From a virus (lineage: Duplodnaviria > Caudoviricetes), in the IMG/VR virus record IMGVR_UViG_3300017727_000050, positions 1 through 36,675 of that record: a stretch of DNA of 36,675 bases, one strand, 5' to 3'. Each line of letters starts with the position of its first letter. The first letter of the stretch is position 1. Shown here in pieces: positions 16,356 to 25,430 of this stretch. The notes under the pieces are model-generated. The model ran no database searches. It was not told the DNA's origin and saw only the letters and a program-made list of their open reading frames with translations. Both the position numbers and the translations under genes were made by a program.

Positions 16356-16897
16356 TACCTGACTTTTCCAGACCACTTCGAAGCGAATTTTGACGCAATA
16401 TGCTGGAGTCCTCGCGATCCGTAGTAAAAGCCGACTACTGTTGTTGCGAGTGTCGCCAGCAATTCGTTTGGCTGCGATGGGTTTCCTGATGCGAAAAGTA
16501 TTAGACAAAGAATCCAATCAGTTAAAAAACAGCCGATAACAATATACCCGACAATCGGTCTCCATGTTTTTGAAAGCTTGCAATCACCCATCATATCGGC
16601 AGCGTGTCGAGCGGTGACCTGCTCCCGGTCCTGTTGATAGTCTGCCAGTATTGCCTGCTGCTCTTGCAATGCTATCTCTGCGATCTGCGCCCTTTGCTCT
16701 GGCGTCGCATCTTCTAGCGCGTCGGCAATGGCTGTTTCGCTTGCGTTGTCGCCAAGCCCCAACGCTCGACCGATCTTTTTGGCAATGTTCCAATAACCTC
16801 CGATGGGAGAGACAGAGATAATAGCGTCAGCAACTTCGTCCAGGCCAGTCTCTCTGGCTTTTCGGGCAAGCTTGCCGCCTTCGTTTAATATCTGCAT
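16355..16897 (-). CDS. 3TM holin (GTA holin-like)
   Basis: ARHAADM...SKTWRPIVGY...two TM segments...GFYYGSRGLQ. Confidence 0.75.
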   Translation of the reverse strand: MQILNEGGKLARKARETGLDEVADAIISVSPIGGYWNIAKKIGRALGLGDNASETAIADALEDATPEQRAQIAEIALQEQQAILADYQQDREQVTARHAADMMGDCKLSKTWRPIVGYIVIGCFLTDWILCLILFASGNPSQPNELLATLATTVVGFYYGSRGLQHIASKFASKWSGKVR

Positions 16898-18487
16898 TTA
16901 TTTCTCCTGCTCGATTTCAATCTTTGATGTATTGCCAAGAGCCGCAATAAAATTTGATCCTTGACCGTCAGATCCTTGCGTAAATCGCGAGAAATGTTGC
17001 AGTTCATAAACATCTGTGGCCGATGTAACCGAAAACCTACCTACAATGTGAGCGGTTGTTTGGTCGCCAGTGCCTCGGTAGCCTGTTACTGCAAATGTAA
17101 AACCGGCAGTTTGTGGAAAGCCCGGATATTGCGGTGAGTCGTCGCCGTGTGTAACAGTAACCACATCCGATGCTGAGCTTGCTGAAAACTTAGAGTCGCC
17201 ATCAATAGCGGATGCAACTGCTGTTGCAACTGCTGTTGCTGAGTCTCCCGTGGCTATGCCGGTAATCTCTACGTATCTATCGACCGTAAGAGTAGGCTGC
17301 GCCGTGCCGCTATCATCTACGTCTACCCAAAAGGCGACCGAACCATCCTCATCGTGCAGGATGAAGTAAGTTCCGTCTAGTGATCCAGCGGTATCTGCAA
17401 CGCATGTAATAGTCTCAGTTTCGGTGGGCGCTATCTGCGCGTATGCCTCCATGCCCTCCACCGCTGTTGTCGCAGCCGTGGTATTTTGAATCCGCAAGTA
17501 GTTGTGGCCGCAATTGTATGCGTTGGCATATCCTCGAACGCGATAGTCTCCAACTGGTAGTTGAAAACCTCCGCTCGACATTGTGCAAATCCCAGCCGTG
17601 TCTACAGACTCGACGAGGCTGCGCTTTGTCCATGTCTGCGAAGTTAATCCGCCTGAGCCGGTTTGCGAAAGTAGAAGGTAGTCGTTTGACCCTGTGTTGA
17701 GTGTCTTTAGTTTAAATACCTTCTCATTGGTGCTGGCAGCGTAATCATCCGGCCTGATTACATCTGGCGAAGATTCAGCGTCGGTTCCAGAAGCAAGCTC
17801 GTAAATCCGCAGAGCGTTACTTGCATCAGCATCCAGCATTGCAAACGTCTCACCAACAGTCCGAGAGACGGTAGACAGTGAGTCCAATTCTGATGCAGTT
17901 CCTCCCGTTAGTCCTGTCAGCGACGGATTGAACTGGATAGTGTTAGATGTCAATGCATAGTCGTCAGGACTTCCACTGTCCGTAGGCGTTCCCTCGCTGC
18001 CGCTGAGAACGTCGTGCTTTATGGTCGTTGTAACGTCGTCAATAGACGATTGGTAATCTGCGCCTGCGCTGTATTTGTAAGTAAGCTCAAATAGACAGTC
18101 GTCTAAAGATGCAATGTCGTTAGTGTCGTCTGCGTCTACTCTTTCTAGCGCATTGTTTATTTCAGTAGTATTAAGCGACAGGTTAAAGGCATACGTTTTG
18201 GCGTCCGAATCGTGAACGTATGTGGATGTTCCGGCTAGTAAATCGCCATCCGAATAGTCGCCGCTTGCTTTGATACCAATGTCAATCAGTGCGCCTGCGC
18301 CCAGATTTTCTGCCGTCCACGATGGTGCTGAAACAACAGAGTTGGGTGCCGCTCCATCTGGCGATTGTCCGAATTGAACGACTACCTCCTCTACATCACC
18401 AGCCTTAAATGTTAGCGTTTCAAGTGCGCCATCAAGACCGGGAACGGTCACGAATCGCCGGAGTCGTCTGTCGAAATATAATGTCAT
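16898..18487 (-). CDS. Tail fibre/baseplate-associated protein
   Basis: 529 aa, acidic and Ser/Thr/Gly-rich; DVIRPDDY motif; located in the tail module. Confidence 0.65.
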   Translation of the reverse strand: MTLYFDRRLRRFVTVPGLDGALETLTFKAGDVEEVVVQFGQSPDGAAPNSVVSAPSWTAENLGAGALIDIGIKASGDYSDGDLLAGTSTYVHDSDAKTYAFNLSLNTTEINNALERVDADDTNDIASLDDCLFELTYKYSAGADYQSSIDDVTTTIKHDVLSGSEGTPTDSGSPDDYALTSNTIQFNPSLTGLTGGTASELDSLSTVSRTVGETFAMLDADASNALRIYELASGTDAESSPDVIRPDDYAASTNEKVFKLKTLNTGSNDYLLLSQTGSGGLTSQTWTKRSLVESVDTAGICTMSSGGFQLPVGDYRVRGYANAYNCGHNYLRIQNTTAATTAVEGMEAYAQIAPTETETITCVADTAGSLDGTYFILHDEDGSVAFWVDVDDSGTAQPTLTVDRYVEITGIATGDSATAVATAVASAIDGDSKFSASSASDVVTVTHGDDSPQYPGFPQTAGFTFAVTGYRGTGDQTTAHIVGRFSVTSATDVYELQHFSRFTQGSDGQGSNFIAALGNTSKIEIEQEK

Positions 18488-18491
18488 GGTA

Positions 18492-18788
18492 TTATTCTGT
18501 TATTGATACAGTTCCGTCTGCCTCAATCTTAAATGGCACAGGAGGAGTTTTTGGAACATATTCTGGATCAATGACGTTGAGAAACTTCACCAGCTCCCCA
18601 CTTAACCAGAAAACCTCTCCAGCATTAGTTCCGAGTGAATCCAATACATCTTGGGGATTGGCTTCGCCGTCCCAGAGTTGGCACATTCCTTGTTCGTGAA
18701 ACTCCTTTAGCTGATCGTGCAAAACTTTTATTAGTGACAGTATTTGATCTGCTTGCTTTTCAGCCTGCGTTTTGTTGATTAAGCTCAT
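18492..18788 (-). CDS. Hypothetical protein (possible fibre chaperone)
   Basis: 98-aa ORF directly after the tail fibre gene. Confidence 0.6.
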   Translation of the reverse strand: MSLINKTQAEKQADQILSLIKVLHDQLKEFHEQGMCQLWDGEANPQDVLDSLGTNAGEVFWLSGELVKFLNVIDPEYVPKTPPVPFKIEADGTVSITE

Positions 18789-18801
18789 AATCTATGTGGC
18801 C

Positions 18802-21800
18802 TTACGTTTTGATAATGTAATTGAGAACGATTGTGGGTTGCGTGTTCTGGTGCGCTAGGTCTCCACCTGCCGAAGTAACAGTTCTTGCCAGAGTAGTGAT
18901 GTTATTCAACCTCACAGAGACCCCGCTGCCAGTGTCTGCCATGTTCCTGGAAGTCGTATCATATCTATCACTAGTGTCGTGATCGTGGATCGGCATTTCG
19001 TTTTCGTCGAGTTGATGCGTTTGGCTTCCACCCGTTGATCCGAGAGTTGCCCCATCTACTCCACTGCCAGCAGATGTCAAAAGCGAAGCGGTTGATTCCT
19101 TACCTGCAATTACGCGCCCCGATATGTCTGGTAGATTGAATGTTGTAGACCCGTCGCCAACTCCGTATGTAGTGCTAACTACGGAGAATAAATCAGAGTA
19201 AGTAGTCCGAGAAACAGCACTGCCATCGCAAATAAGCCAGCCCGTAGGCGAAGAACTTCCAGCATATGCTTGGACACCTCCAGTGGGTGAAAGTGAAGCA
19301 GCAGACTCTATAGCCGCTGTTCCCAGTCCCAAATTTGTTCTTGCTGTCGATGCATTGTCGAAAGTATTATTGCAAGTTCTGCTGTCTGAAAGTCTGCTGT
19401 CTGCCGTATCAATCAGCGTTGCGTCTGTTACAACAGAGTTTAATTCAGCGAGTGTATCAATGTCGCCGGATTGCAGTGCAGAGTCTGCTGCTGATCCCTG
19501 CGCCGCCGTAGCAAATGCGCTGGCGTGGTTTCCGTCTAGTAAATCTGCATCAAGTCCCGATGCTGCACCATCATTTGAGGTATCAAAGAATCCCAAAGCC
19601 CTGATGTCGGCAGCAGTTTGGTCGCCCGTGAAACCAGCGTCATTGGTTAGTGTGGAAATATTATCACTCGGCTGCGTGGCTGAATCAGCGAGAGTCCCCT
19701 GCGCCGCAGTTGCATAATCGCTTGAATCAAAAGCCTTGATTTGATCCAGGTTAGATACTTCCGAATCCATCAATGCCCCTGCTGATGTGACGTTTGCGGT
19801 ATCGGTAACATCTGCCCCAGCCTCAATACCGTCTAGCTTTGCGTGATCTGCGGTTGTAAAGTTTTCGTCAGTCTGCGATGCCACAGTAAAGTCAAGTCTC
19901 CCGTCTGTATCGTCATAGTCAACAGTTATACCGCTTTCAGTATTTCCCGTAACCATACCACCAACTATATCCTGCACCTCCTCACTAGAAAGTTGAGTGT
20001 TTGTATCAGTAGAAGATATGGTTCCGTCGCCTGCTATTGTGATATTGGTTCCAGCAGTCAGAGATGAAACCACATTATTCGTGTCAGTTACATCTGCTCC
20101 CGACTCAATGCCGTCTAGCTTTGTCTTGTCGCCGTCTACAAAAGCTCCCTCGGACGGTTTGAGTTGATAGGAAGATAAATCTTGGTCGCCTGTATTAGTA
20201 CCGCTGACCGCATCAAGCGCAGAGGAATATGCTTGAACATTTACACCAATGTCAGAATCGACCAATGTAGTCGGGTCGTTCACTTCTGCACCCGATTCTA
20301 TTCCGTCTACCTTCGTTTTGATCGCATCAAGTTGCGCCCCTGTGGTCGTAACGTCGGACAAATCAGAGAGTGACTCACTTGTAATGTCGGTAATGTAATT
20401 ACCCAGATCGGATATATCAGCCTCAACCAATTGACGAGATTCGAAGTCGGTTCCGTCAGCGATGAGTGCGTTGCGATTGGTCGCCGTGCTAGTGTTCACA
20501 TCAGACAAATCTGATAGCTGAGTGGCTCCCGATGGTAGATTAGTTAGCTGCGACCCGTCTACAGCAGGGAGTCTGGAGGAACCGTCTAGCTGGACTACCT
20601 CATTCGCCGATGTGCCTACGTCAAGGCTTGCGGCAGTTCCTAGATCGCCAGGTTGTGTAGCTGAATCAGCTAGAGTCCCCTGAGCGGCAGTTGCAAAATC
20701 CCCTGTGTCGCTCGCCGCCGCTGTACCCGCGTCAGTAATATCAGAAAGAGTGTGACTGTGAGTTGCCTCTGCAAATGTCTCATCGGGTGATCTCTGCCCT
20801 TGGCAGTTGATCACAAGAACTCCGGTCGATGCGTGTATTCTTCCAACTGTCGCAACTGGTTGCACGGTTCCGCTAGTTGGCTGCGTCGATGTCAGACCGC
20901 TTGCGCCTACAAAAATTTCATCATTGAGGCCCCAGCCTGGAGTGTCTGTATCAAATGATCGAATTTCCCCTACGATGACACCATCTCCCTCGCCGTTGTT
21001 CGCAAGATCATCTGCCAGTAGCGCAACGGCTGGCATCTTCGCGGAATCAGATTGGTCTGCTGCTGCTACCTCGATTCGATCCGACACGCCCACATGTCCG
21101 GTGACGTATACTGGTGTTCCTTTCGTTAGCGTTCCTCCGCTGGTGTTTTTGACATGAACATAAAGCGTCCCTGCTATACTACCATGTATGTGGTCAGCGG
21201 TTAAAAGTCCCGGCACGTTGAGGTCATCAGACCAAGTCAGATCGTAATTGTCGCCGCTTGCCTTGGTAGCAATCTGCCCCGTTGTGCCTCCGGTCAAACC
21301 TGAAATGTCACTTGGCTGAATTGCTGTGTCCGCTGTTGCCCCTTGCGCTGCTGTCGCATAGTCGGCAGGGTCGAATGACTTTACATCGTCCAGATTAGCC
21401 ACTTCGCTATCCATCAATGCGCCAGCATCTGCTACATTCTGGGCATTGGTCACATCTGCATTGGCTTGAATACCGTCTAGCTTGCTGTGGTCTGCGTCGG
21501 TAAATACGTTGGAGTCTGTAGCGGAATCAACAAGGCTTCGAATCTCGCTGGCATCTTGGTCAGCAGTAGCGTTCGACTCAATCCCATCGAGCTTTGTTTT
21601 GTCACCGTCGATGAATGCACCTTCAGATGGCTGGAGTTGATAGGTAGACAAATCCTGATCGCCTGTGTTCGTACCACTCTGATTTCCAAGCAGTGTTTTC
21701 TCCGCGTCTGTAAAGGCGTTTGTGTCAGGCTCTGACTCGTAAAGAGATTTTATCTCTGCACCAGTCTGGTCACCAGTAGCGTTCGATTCAATACCTGAAA

Positions 21801-22050
21801 GCTTGGAGCGCTCCGCGTCTGTGAGAATTTTTGTGGTCGATCCTTCGACCATATTATCCATTGCGAAAGCATCACCAGAAACGGTCGTGGGATCATATAC
21901 TGACGCCAGCATATCCCCGCCACTGCTAACGCCGGTTACGCTTACAGGAACGGAAACGCTGCCGGTCGTCACCGAAACGGATACGCCATCGTCGTCTAGC
22001 GTTACGGCTATGCTTGGCGACGTAGCAATGGATACAGATATTTCAGTCAT
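18802..22050 (-). CDS. Long tail fibre with KLDGIE repeats and C-terminal tail-collar domain
   Basis: Repeated KLDGIESGA / ATAAQG units; PTGWLICDGSAVSRTTYSDLF...FNLPD...HQNTQPTIVLNYIIKT collar domain. Confidence 0.9.
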   Translation of the reverse strand: MTEISVSIATSPSIAVTLDDDGVSVSVTTGSVSVPVSVTGVSSGGDMLASVYDPTTVSGDAFAMDNMVEGSTTKILTDAERSKLSGIESNATGDQTGAEIKSLYESEPDTNAFTDAEKTLLGNQSGTNTGDQDLSTYQLQPSEGAFIDGDKTKLDGIESNATADQDASEIRSLVDSATDSNVFTDADHSKLDGIQANADVTNAQNVADAGALMDSEVANLDDVKSFDPADYATAAQGATADTAIQPSDISGLTGGTTGQIATKASGDNYDLTWSDDLNVPGLLTADHIHGSIAGTLYVHVKNTSGGTLTKGTPVYVTGHVGVSDRIEVAAADQSDSAKMPAVALLADDLANNGEGDGVIVGEIRSFDTDTPGWGLNDEIFVGASGLTSTQPTSGTVQPVATVGRIHASTGVLVINCQGQRSPDETFAEATHSHTLSDITDAGTAAASDTGDFATAAQGTLADSATQPGDLGTAASLDVGTSANEVVQLDGSSRLPAVDGSQLTNLPSGATQLSDLSDVNTSTATNRNALIADGTDFESRQLVEADISDLGNYITDITSESLSDLSDVTTTGAQLDAIKTKVDGIESGAEVNDPTTLVDSDIGVNVQAYSSALDAVSGTNTGDQDLSSYQLKPSEGAFVDGDKTKLDGIESGADVTDTNNVVSSLTAGTNITIAGDGTISSTDTNTQLSSEEVQDIVGGMVTGNTESGITVDYDDTDGRLDFTVASQTDENFTTADHAKLDGIEAGADVTDTANVTSAGALMDSEVSNLDQIKAFDSSDYATAAQGTLADSATQPSDNISTLTNDAGFTGDQTAADIRALGFFDTSNDGAASGLDADLLDGNHASAFATAAQGSAADSALQSGDIDTLAELNSVVTDATLIDTADSRLSDSRTCNNTFDNASTARTNLGLGTAAIESAASLSPTGGVQAYAGSSSPTGWLICDGSAVSRTTYSDLFSVVSTTYGVGDGSTTFNLPDISGRVIAGKESTASLLTSAGSGVDGATLGSTGGSQTHQLDENEMPIHDHDTSDRYDTTSRNMADTGSGVSVRLNNITTLARTVTSAGGDLAHQNTQPTIVLNYIIKT

Positions 22051-22441
22051 TCCAGTCTCCAGCTTCCTCGAGAAAGTTCATGTCGCCTTGCAGCCTTAAC
22101 TCTACCGGTTGACCGGATGAGGCAAGAAAATCCACTCTGTATTCGCATTCCTCTTTTTGTGCGATGTCAGACAAGGTGATCGAACTGTCTGCTGCTGAAA
22201 CTGCAACAGGCGGAATGCTGATCGTTGTCGTTTGATCTGAAACCGTGACATATGATCCATCAGTGCTTGCCGTGAATGATCTTCTGTCGCTTAAATTGCG
22301 AGAACGAATTTCAAACTCAACACGTTTACCATCCATGTCATACGCTGCATCCATTGGAATAGATAGCTCAAGCGATGCGCCTTGCGGAAACTCAATCACT
22401 GGAACGACTGCCGTTTTTAAAGTGTAAGTGGTATTTGACAT
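22043..22441 (-). CDS. Tail-associated protein (BppU N-terminal-like)
   Basis: 132 aa, beta-rich, FPQGASL...YRVDF...LQGD; precedes the fibre gene. Confidence 0.5.
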   Translation of the reverse strand: MSNTTYTLKTAVVPVIEFPQGASLELSIPMDAAYDMDGKRVEFEIRSRNLSDRRSFTASTDGSYVTVSDQTTTISIPPVAVSAADSSITLSDIAQKEECEYRVDFLASSGQPVELRLQGDMNFLEEAGDWND

Positions 22442-22569
22442 TGATTATTCTGATTTGCGCGCTCCGTATTCGGTTGCGCCCGTTTTTATTTTCAGAAAAT
22501 GACCTGGGCAACTCATCCGCTCAATTTACCCTAGTTTGACCGATTCGCAAAAACAAGCGAAGTTTAGCA

Positions 22570-23193
22570 ATGGACCTTGAAATTGATTTGACGGAGTTTA
22601 GGAGGACGCTGAACGAATACGTGAAAGCGAACAAGCGGGAATCGTCAGATTTGATAAACAAGAAAGCGAAAGATATTGCTTTCCGGGCGGCGAAACACGT
22701 CGACAATGCAAAGGCTCCTGATATTACTGCTTTGGGTGCGCCCCATAAGCCGCGAAAGCAAGGCAGCAGAGCCAAGCCTAGAAATAAAACAAACACTTTA
22801 TTTCATGCGTTGGCATCGAAGGGTAATAAATTTGGAAAAGCTCCGCGAGGAAAGGGAAACTATGACGTGGCTAGGCAGACTTTTGACTCTCGCAAAAGAT
22901 CAATCGGCTACTCCAAGGCAATGTTTATAAAGCTCGCAAAGCAGTTGATAAAAAAGCCTTTTGATTTTACCAAAAATCCGCATGCAAAAGGTAGGGCATC
23001 CATCGACGACACATCTGCAAAAATATCTACTCCGGCAACATTGACTGCATTGCTCCACATCCCCGGGCTTGACTCAAACCACTACGCCAAAGTAATGAAG
23101 CCAGCGTTGGAAAAAGCAATTCGAGAAGCAACTGCTGACATGCAAAAGTATCTGGCAGATAAGTTGCAAAAGGTCGCTGATAAATACAGCTAG
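22570..23193 (+). CDS. Basic virion morphogenesis protein (HK97 gp10/neck Ne1-like), in inverted orientation
   Basis: 207 aa, Lys/Arg-rich; MDLEIDLTEFRRTL start and VMKPALEKAI end; the only + strand gene in the late arm. Confidence 0.55.
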   Translation: MDLEIDLTEFRRTLNEYVKANKRESSDLINKKAKDIAFRAAKHVDNAKAPDITALGAPHKPRKQGSRAKPRNKTNTLFHALASKGNKFGKAPRGKGNYDVARQTFDSRKRSIGYSKAMFIKLAKQLIKKPFDFTKNPHAKGRASIDDTSAKISTPATLTALLHIPGLDSNHYAKVMKPALEKAIREATADMQKYLADKLQKVADKYS

Positions 23194-24035
23194 GTTTGAC
23201 TGGCCCAATCCGATTCGGTGATCCATTCCTCTGTCGTCCACCACTCATCTGCTTCAATTGAGAGGGAGTAGCCCGTTGGTGAGTTGGTCAATTCCGTCTG
23301 CATCGGTTGACCTAGCATGGTGACGTTTGAATCTTCAGATGCGCTGCCTGTCGTTCCAACTGTGGCAACTTTTATCGTGTAATTATCTCCGCCCGTCATT
23401 TCAATGTTGAGAATTGGCTGTGCAAGATACGGCGTCGGCCCTTGAAAATATGTAGACAGAGGCTCAGTTAGCACGGCAAAAGGATTTATCCTGACTTGTG
23501 TCTGTGCCTCATCCTCGTCAAACTCCGAGTTGACGTTACAGGAAAACAAATAAGCTCCTCGCTTACCTCCGTTTGGCCTAGTCGGATTTGTTATTGAGTC
23601 AGTCACGGAAGTTCCAGCCGGTATCGTCGCGCTCACTGTCTGCGTTCCTATCGTTCCTGTTACGGCCCATGTTTTTACATTGAGCCAATAGTTTGCGATA
23701 AAGTTGGTGTAAAATAGCGGATCGTCTACTGTCCCGAAATTTACGGCTTCGAATGGTCCGTATTCGTAACCTCTCAACGTGTGATCTGCGTCGTCGGAAT
23801 ACGAGCGATTGAGTAAATAGCTCAGTCTGTTGTCCGAATCTGGAAAGTCTCCGCCTACCTGGTATGCCTCTTGGTAAATGGTCGCAATCGGATCGCCTCC
23901 GCCCGGGTCGTATGTCGTTACGCCGATTGCATCGGCTGGTGTGACGGTGCTTTCGCTGTTCAAAACAGAGTTTGTAACCATCGACCGAGCTGCGCCTGTG
24001 GCCCAATGGTTGAGCGTTACTGGTCGGTTTATCAT
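23190..24035 (-). CDS. Putative minor tail protein
   Basis: 281 aa, Thr-rich, coupled to the upstream tail gene. Confidence 0.6.
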   Translation of the reverse strand: MINRPVTLNHWATGAARSMVTNSVLNSESTVTPADAIGVTTYDPGGGDPIATIYQEAYQVGGDFPDSDNRLSYLLNRSYSDDADHTLRGYEYGPFEAVNFGTVDDPLFYTNFIANYWLNVKTWAVTGTIGTQTVSATIPAGTSVTDSITNPTRPNGGKRGAYLFSCNVNSEFDEDEAQTQVRINPFAVLTEPLSTYFQGPTPYLAQPILNIEMTGGDNYTIKVATVGTTGSASEDSNVTMLGQPMQTELTNSPTGYSLSIEADEWWTTEEWITESDWASQT

Positions 24036-24799
24036 TCTTCCGCGCTAGGTTCTTCCGTTCCCGTTCCAGGCACAAGTTGGTAGTATGGGATAACATGCCC
24101 AGTCAATGTCTCATCTTGAGCCAAGACGAATTGCAGATGAGTCCCGTATCCCCATTTTACCGCCATTATTGTATCCGATACGGCCATTGATCCGATAGGG
24201 CGCGGCGGTGCGTCCGAGGCGTCTGGATCGGGCGGTGGGTCCGGGTCGTCTGGATCGGGCGGTGAGTCCGGGTCGTCTGGGTCGGGCGGTGCGTCTGGGT
24301 CGTCTGAATCGGGCGGTGCGACAAAGGCCCAAATAACGTAGTAGTATTTTTCGAGAATCTTTTTACCTGCAGGATCAGAGTCGGTTTCCTTTACCGGGTA
24401 TGGGTAACCCGTCCACTCCTCAACCATTGCCAGTGTCACCGTAAGGTTAGGCTCGACTACTAAGCATAGAAACTTGCCGACAGCAGGTGTAAATGTTTCG
24501 GCTATGTCCACAACATCAACCAGGCCCGACTCGTCGTATGCCGTCGTTCGCTTAACTTTGCCCGGGTGTTTTATTGAGACTTCCTTGTCGCCTTCGTCTG
24601 TAGTTTCTATTTTAAGGTTCCAATATTCTATGGCCCTGGCTGAAGAATCAAATTCTGGCGTTACCGGTGGAACAAGTCCCTCCGGTGTTTGCTCCCATCC
24701 CGGCCTGATAGGTAAAACTCTGTTTTTTCTGATAAGATCAATCAAGCGATTGAATCGACCGAAGAAAAAACCGGAATCGTATTTTTCGAAATCGTCCAT
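24032..24799 (-). CDS. Putative minor tail protein with a Pro/Asp repeat
   Basis: 255 aa; (PPDPDDPD.)x4 near the C-terminus. Confidence 0.6.
   Translation of the reverse strand: MDDFEKYDSGFFFGRFNRLIDLIRKNRVLPIRPGWEQTPEGLVPPVTPEFDSSARAIEYWNLKIETTDEGDKEVSIKHPGKVKRTTAYDESGLVDVVDIAETFTPAVGKFLCLVVEPNLTVTLAMVEEWTGYPYPVKETDSDPAGKKILEKYYYVIWAFVAPPDSDDPDAPPDPDDPDSPPDPDDPDPPPDPDASDAPPRPIGSMAVSDTIMAVKWGYGTHLQFVLAQDETLTGHVIPYYQLVPGTGTEEPSAEE
24200..24320. repeat. In-frame 27-nt tandem repeat, about 4 copies
   Basis: GGGCGGTG...GGGTCGTCTG units. Confidence 0.8.
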
Positions 24800-25429
24800 T
24801 TATCCTTCATCCGGTTCCATTCGCACGATCCACGTTTCGGTCACAGCCCAAATACCAGTCGCCAGTTCTGATCTTGTAAAACCTGCCAGCAGTCCCACAT
24901 TTTTTACCTGCAAAGAACCATCGAAAGTTGGCGGTTGCTTATTGAATAGCGTGGAAGTATTTATCTCAGCTGGGACAATAGCAGGATACTGTGGCGCAGT
25001 TGGAGCGTTTCTGCCCCTGTGTATCCACGATATAGACGTTTGCTGCGCGTAGAACGAGGCTTGAACTGTTACATCATTGCCTTCGTCGTCTGGTTTATCG
25101 GAAAGAAACGAACCGCTTTGTATTGTTAGCGAGTCCTCAATGTTTACAGGATTGCTAAAAGTCGCGACAAGAAACCCCTCAAAGTTCAAAGTGATTTCTG
25201 CAAATGGCTGACCTCCTCCGCTGCTAACGCTTTTGGTTTGCAAAAACATATTCGGGTATCCGAGCAAAGAGCCTGACCTTCCCCGTATCCATGACTGATT
25301 TACTGCACCCAGCTCATCTAGATCGCCGCGTAAAACAACGGTCAGAGTATCAGAACTTTCTGAGTTTTCGTTTTCGAACACCGAGAAGGTGCGAAAGGAC
25401 GTGTTGCCGATGTAAGTTGGGTCTGCCAT
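24800..25429 (-). CDS. Putative distal tail/tail tip protein
   Basis: 209 aa, directly after the tape measure gene. Confidence 0.55.
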   Translation of the reverse strand: MADPTYIGNTSFRTFSVFENENSESSDTLTVVLRGDLDELGAVNQSWIRGRSGSLLGYPNMFLQTKSVSSGGGQPFAEITLNFEGFLVATFSNPVNIEDSLTIQSGSFLSDKPDDEGNDVTVQASFYAQQTSISWIHRGRNAPTAPQYPAIVPAEINTSTLFNKQPPTFDGSLQVKNVGLLAGFTRSELATGIWAVTETWIVRMEPDEG

Positions 25430-25430
25430 A

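Noticed and set aside
16356-16517. Longer start for the endolysin
   Set aside because: Overlaps the holin; TAATG coupling at 16355 is more plausible.
18802-22050. Diversity-generating retroelement targeting the tail fibre
   Set aside because: No reverse transcriptase ORF and no TR/VR pair with adenine-specific mismatches seen; the fibre repeats differ mostly at synonymous positions.
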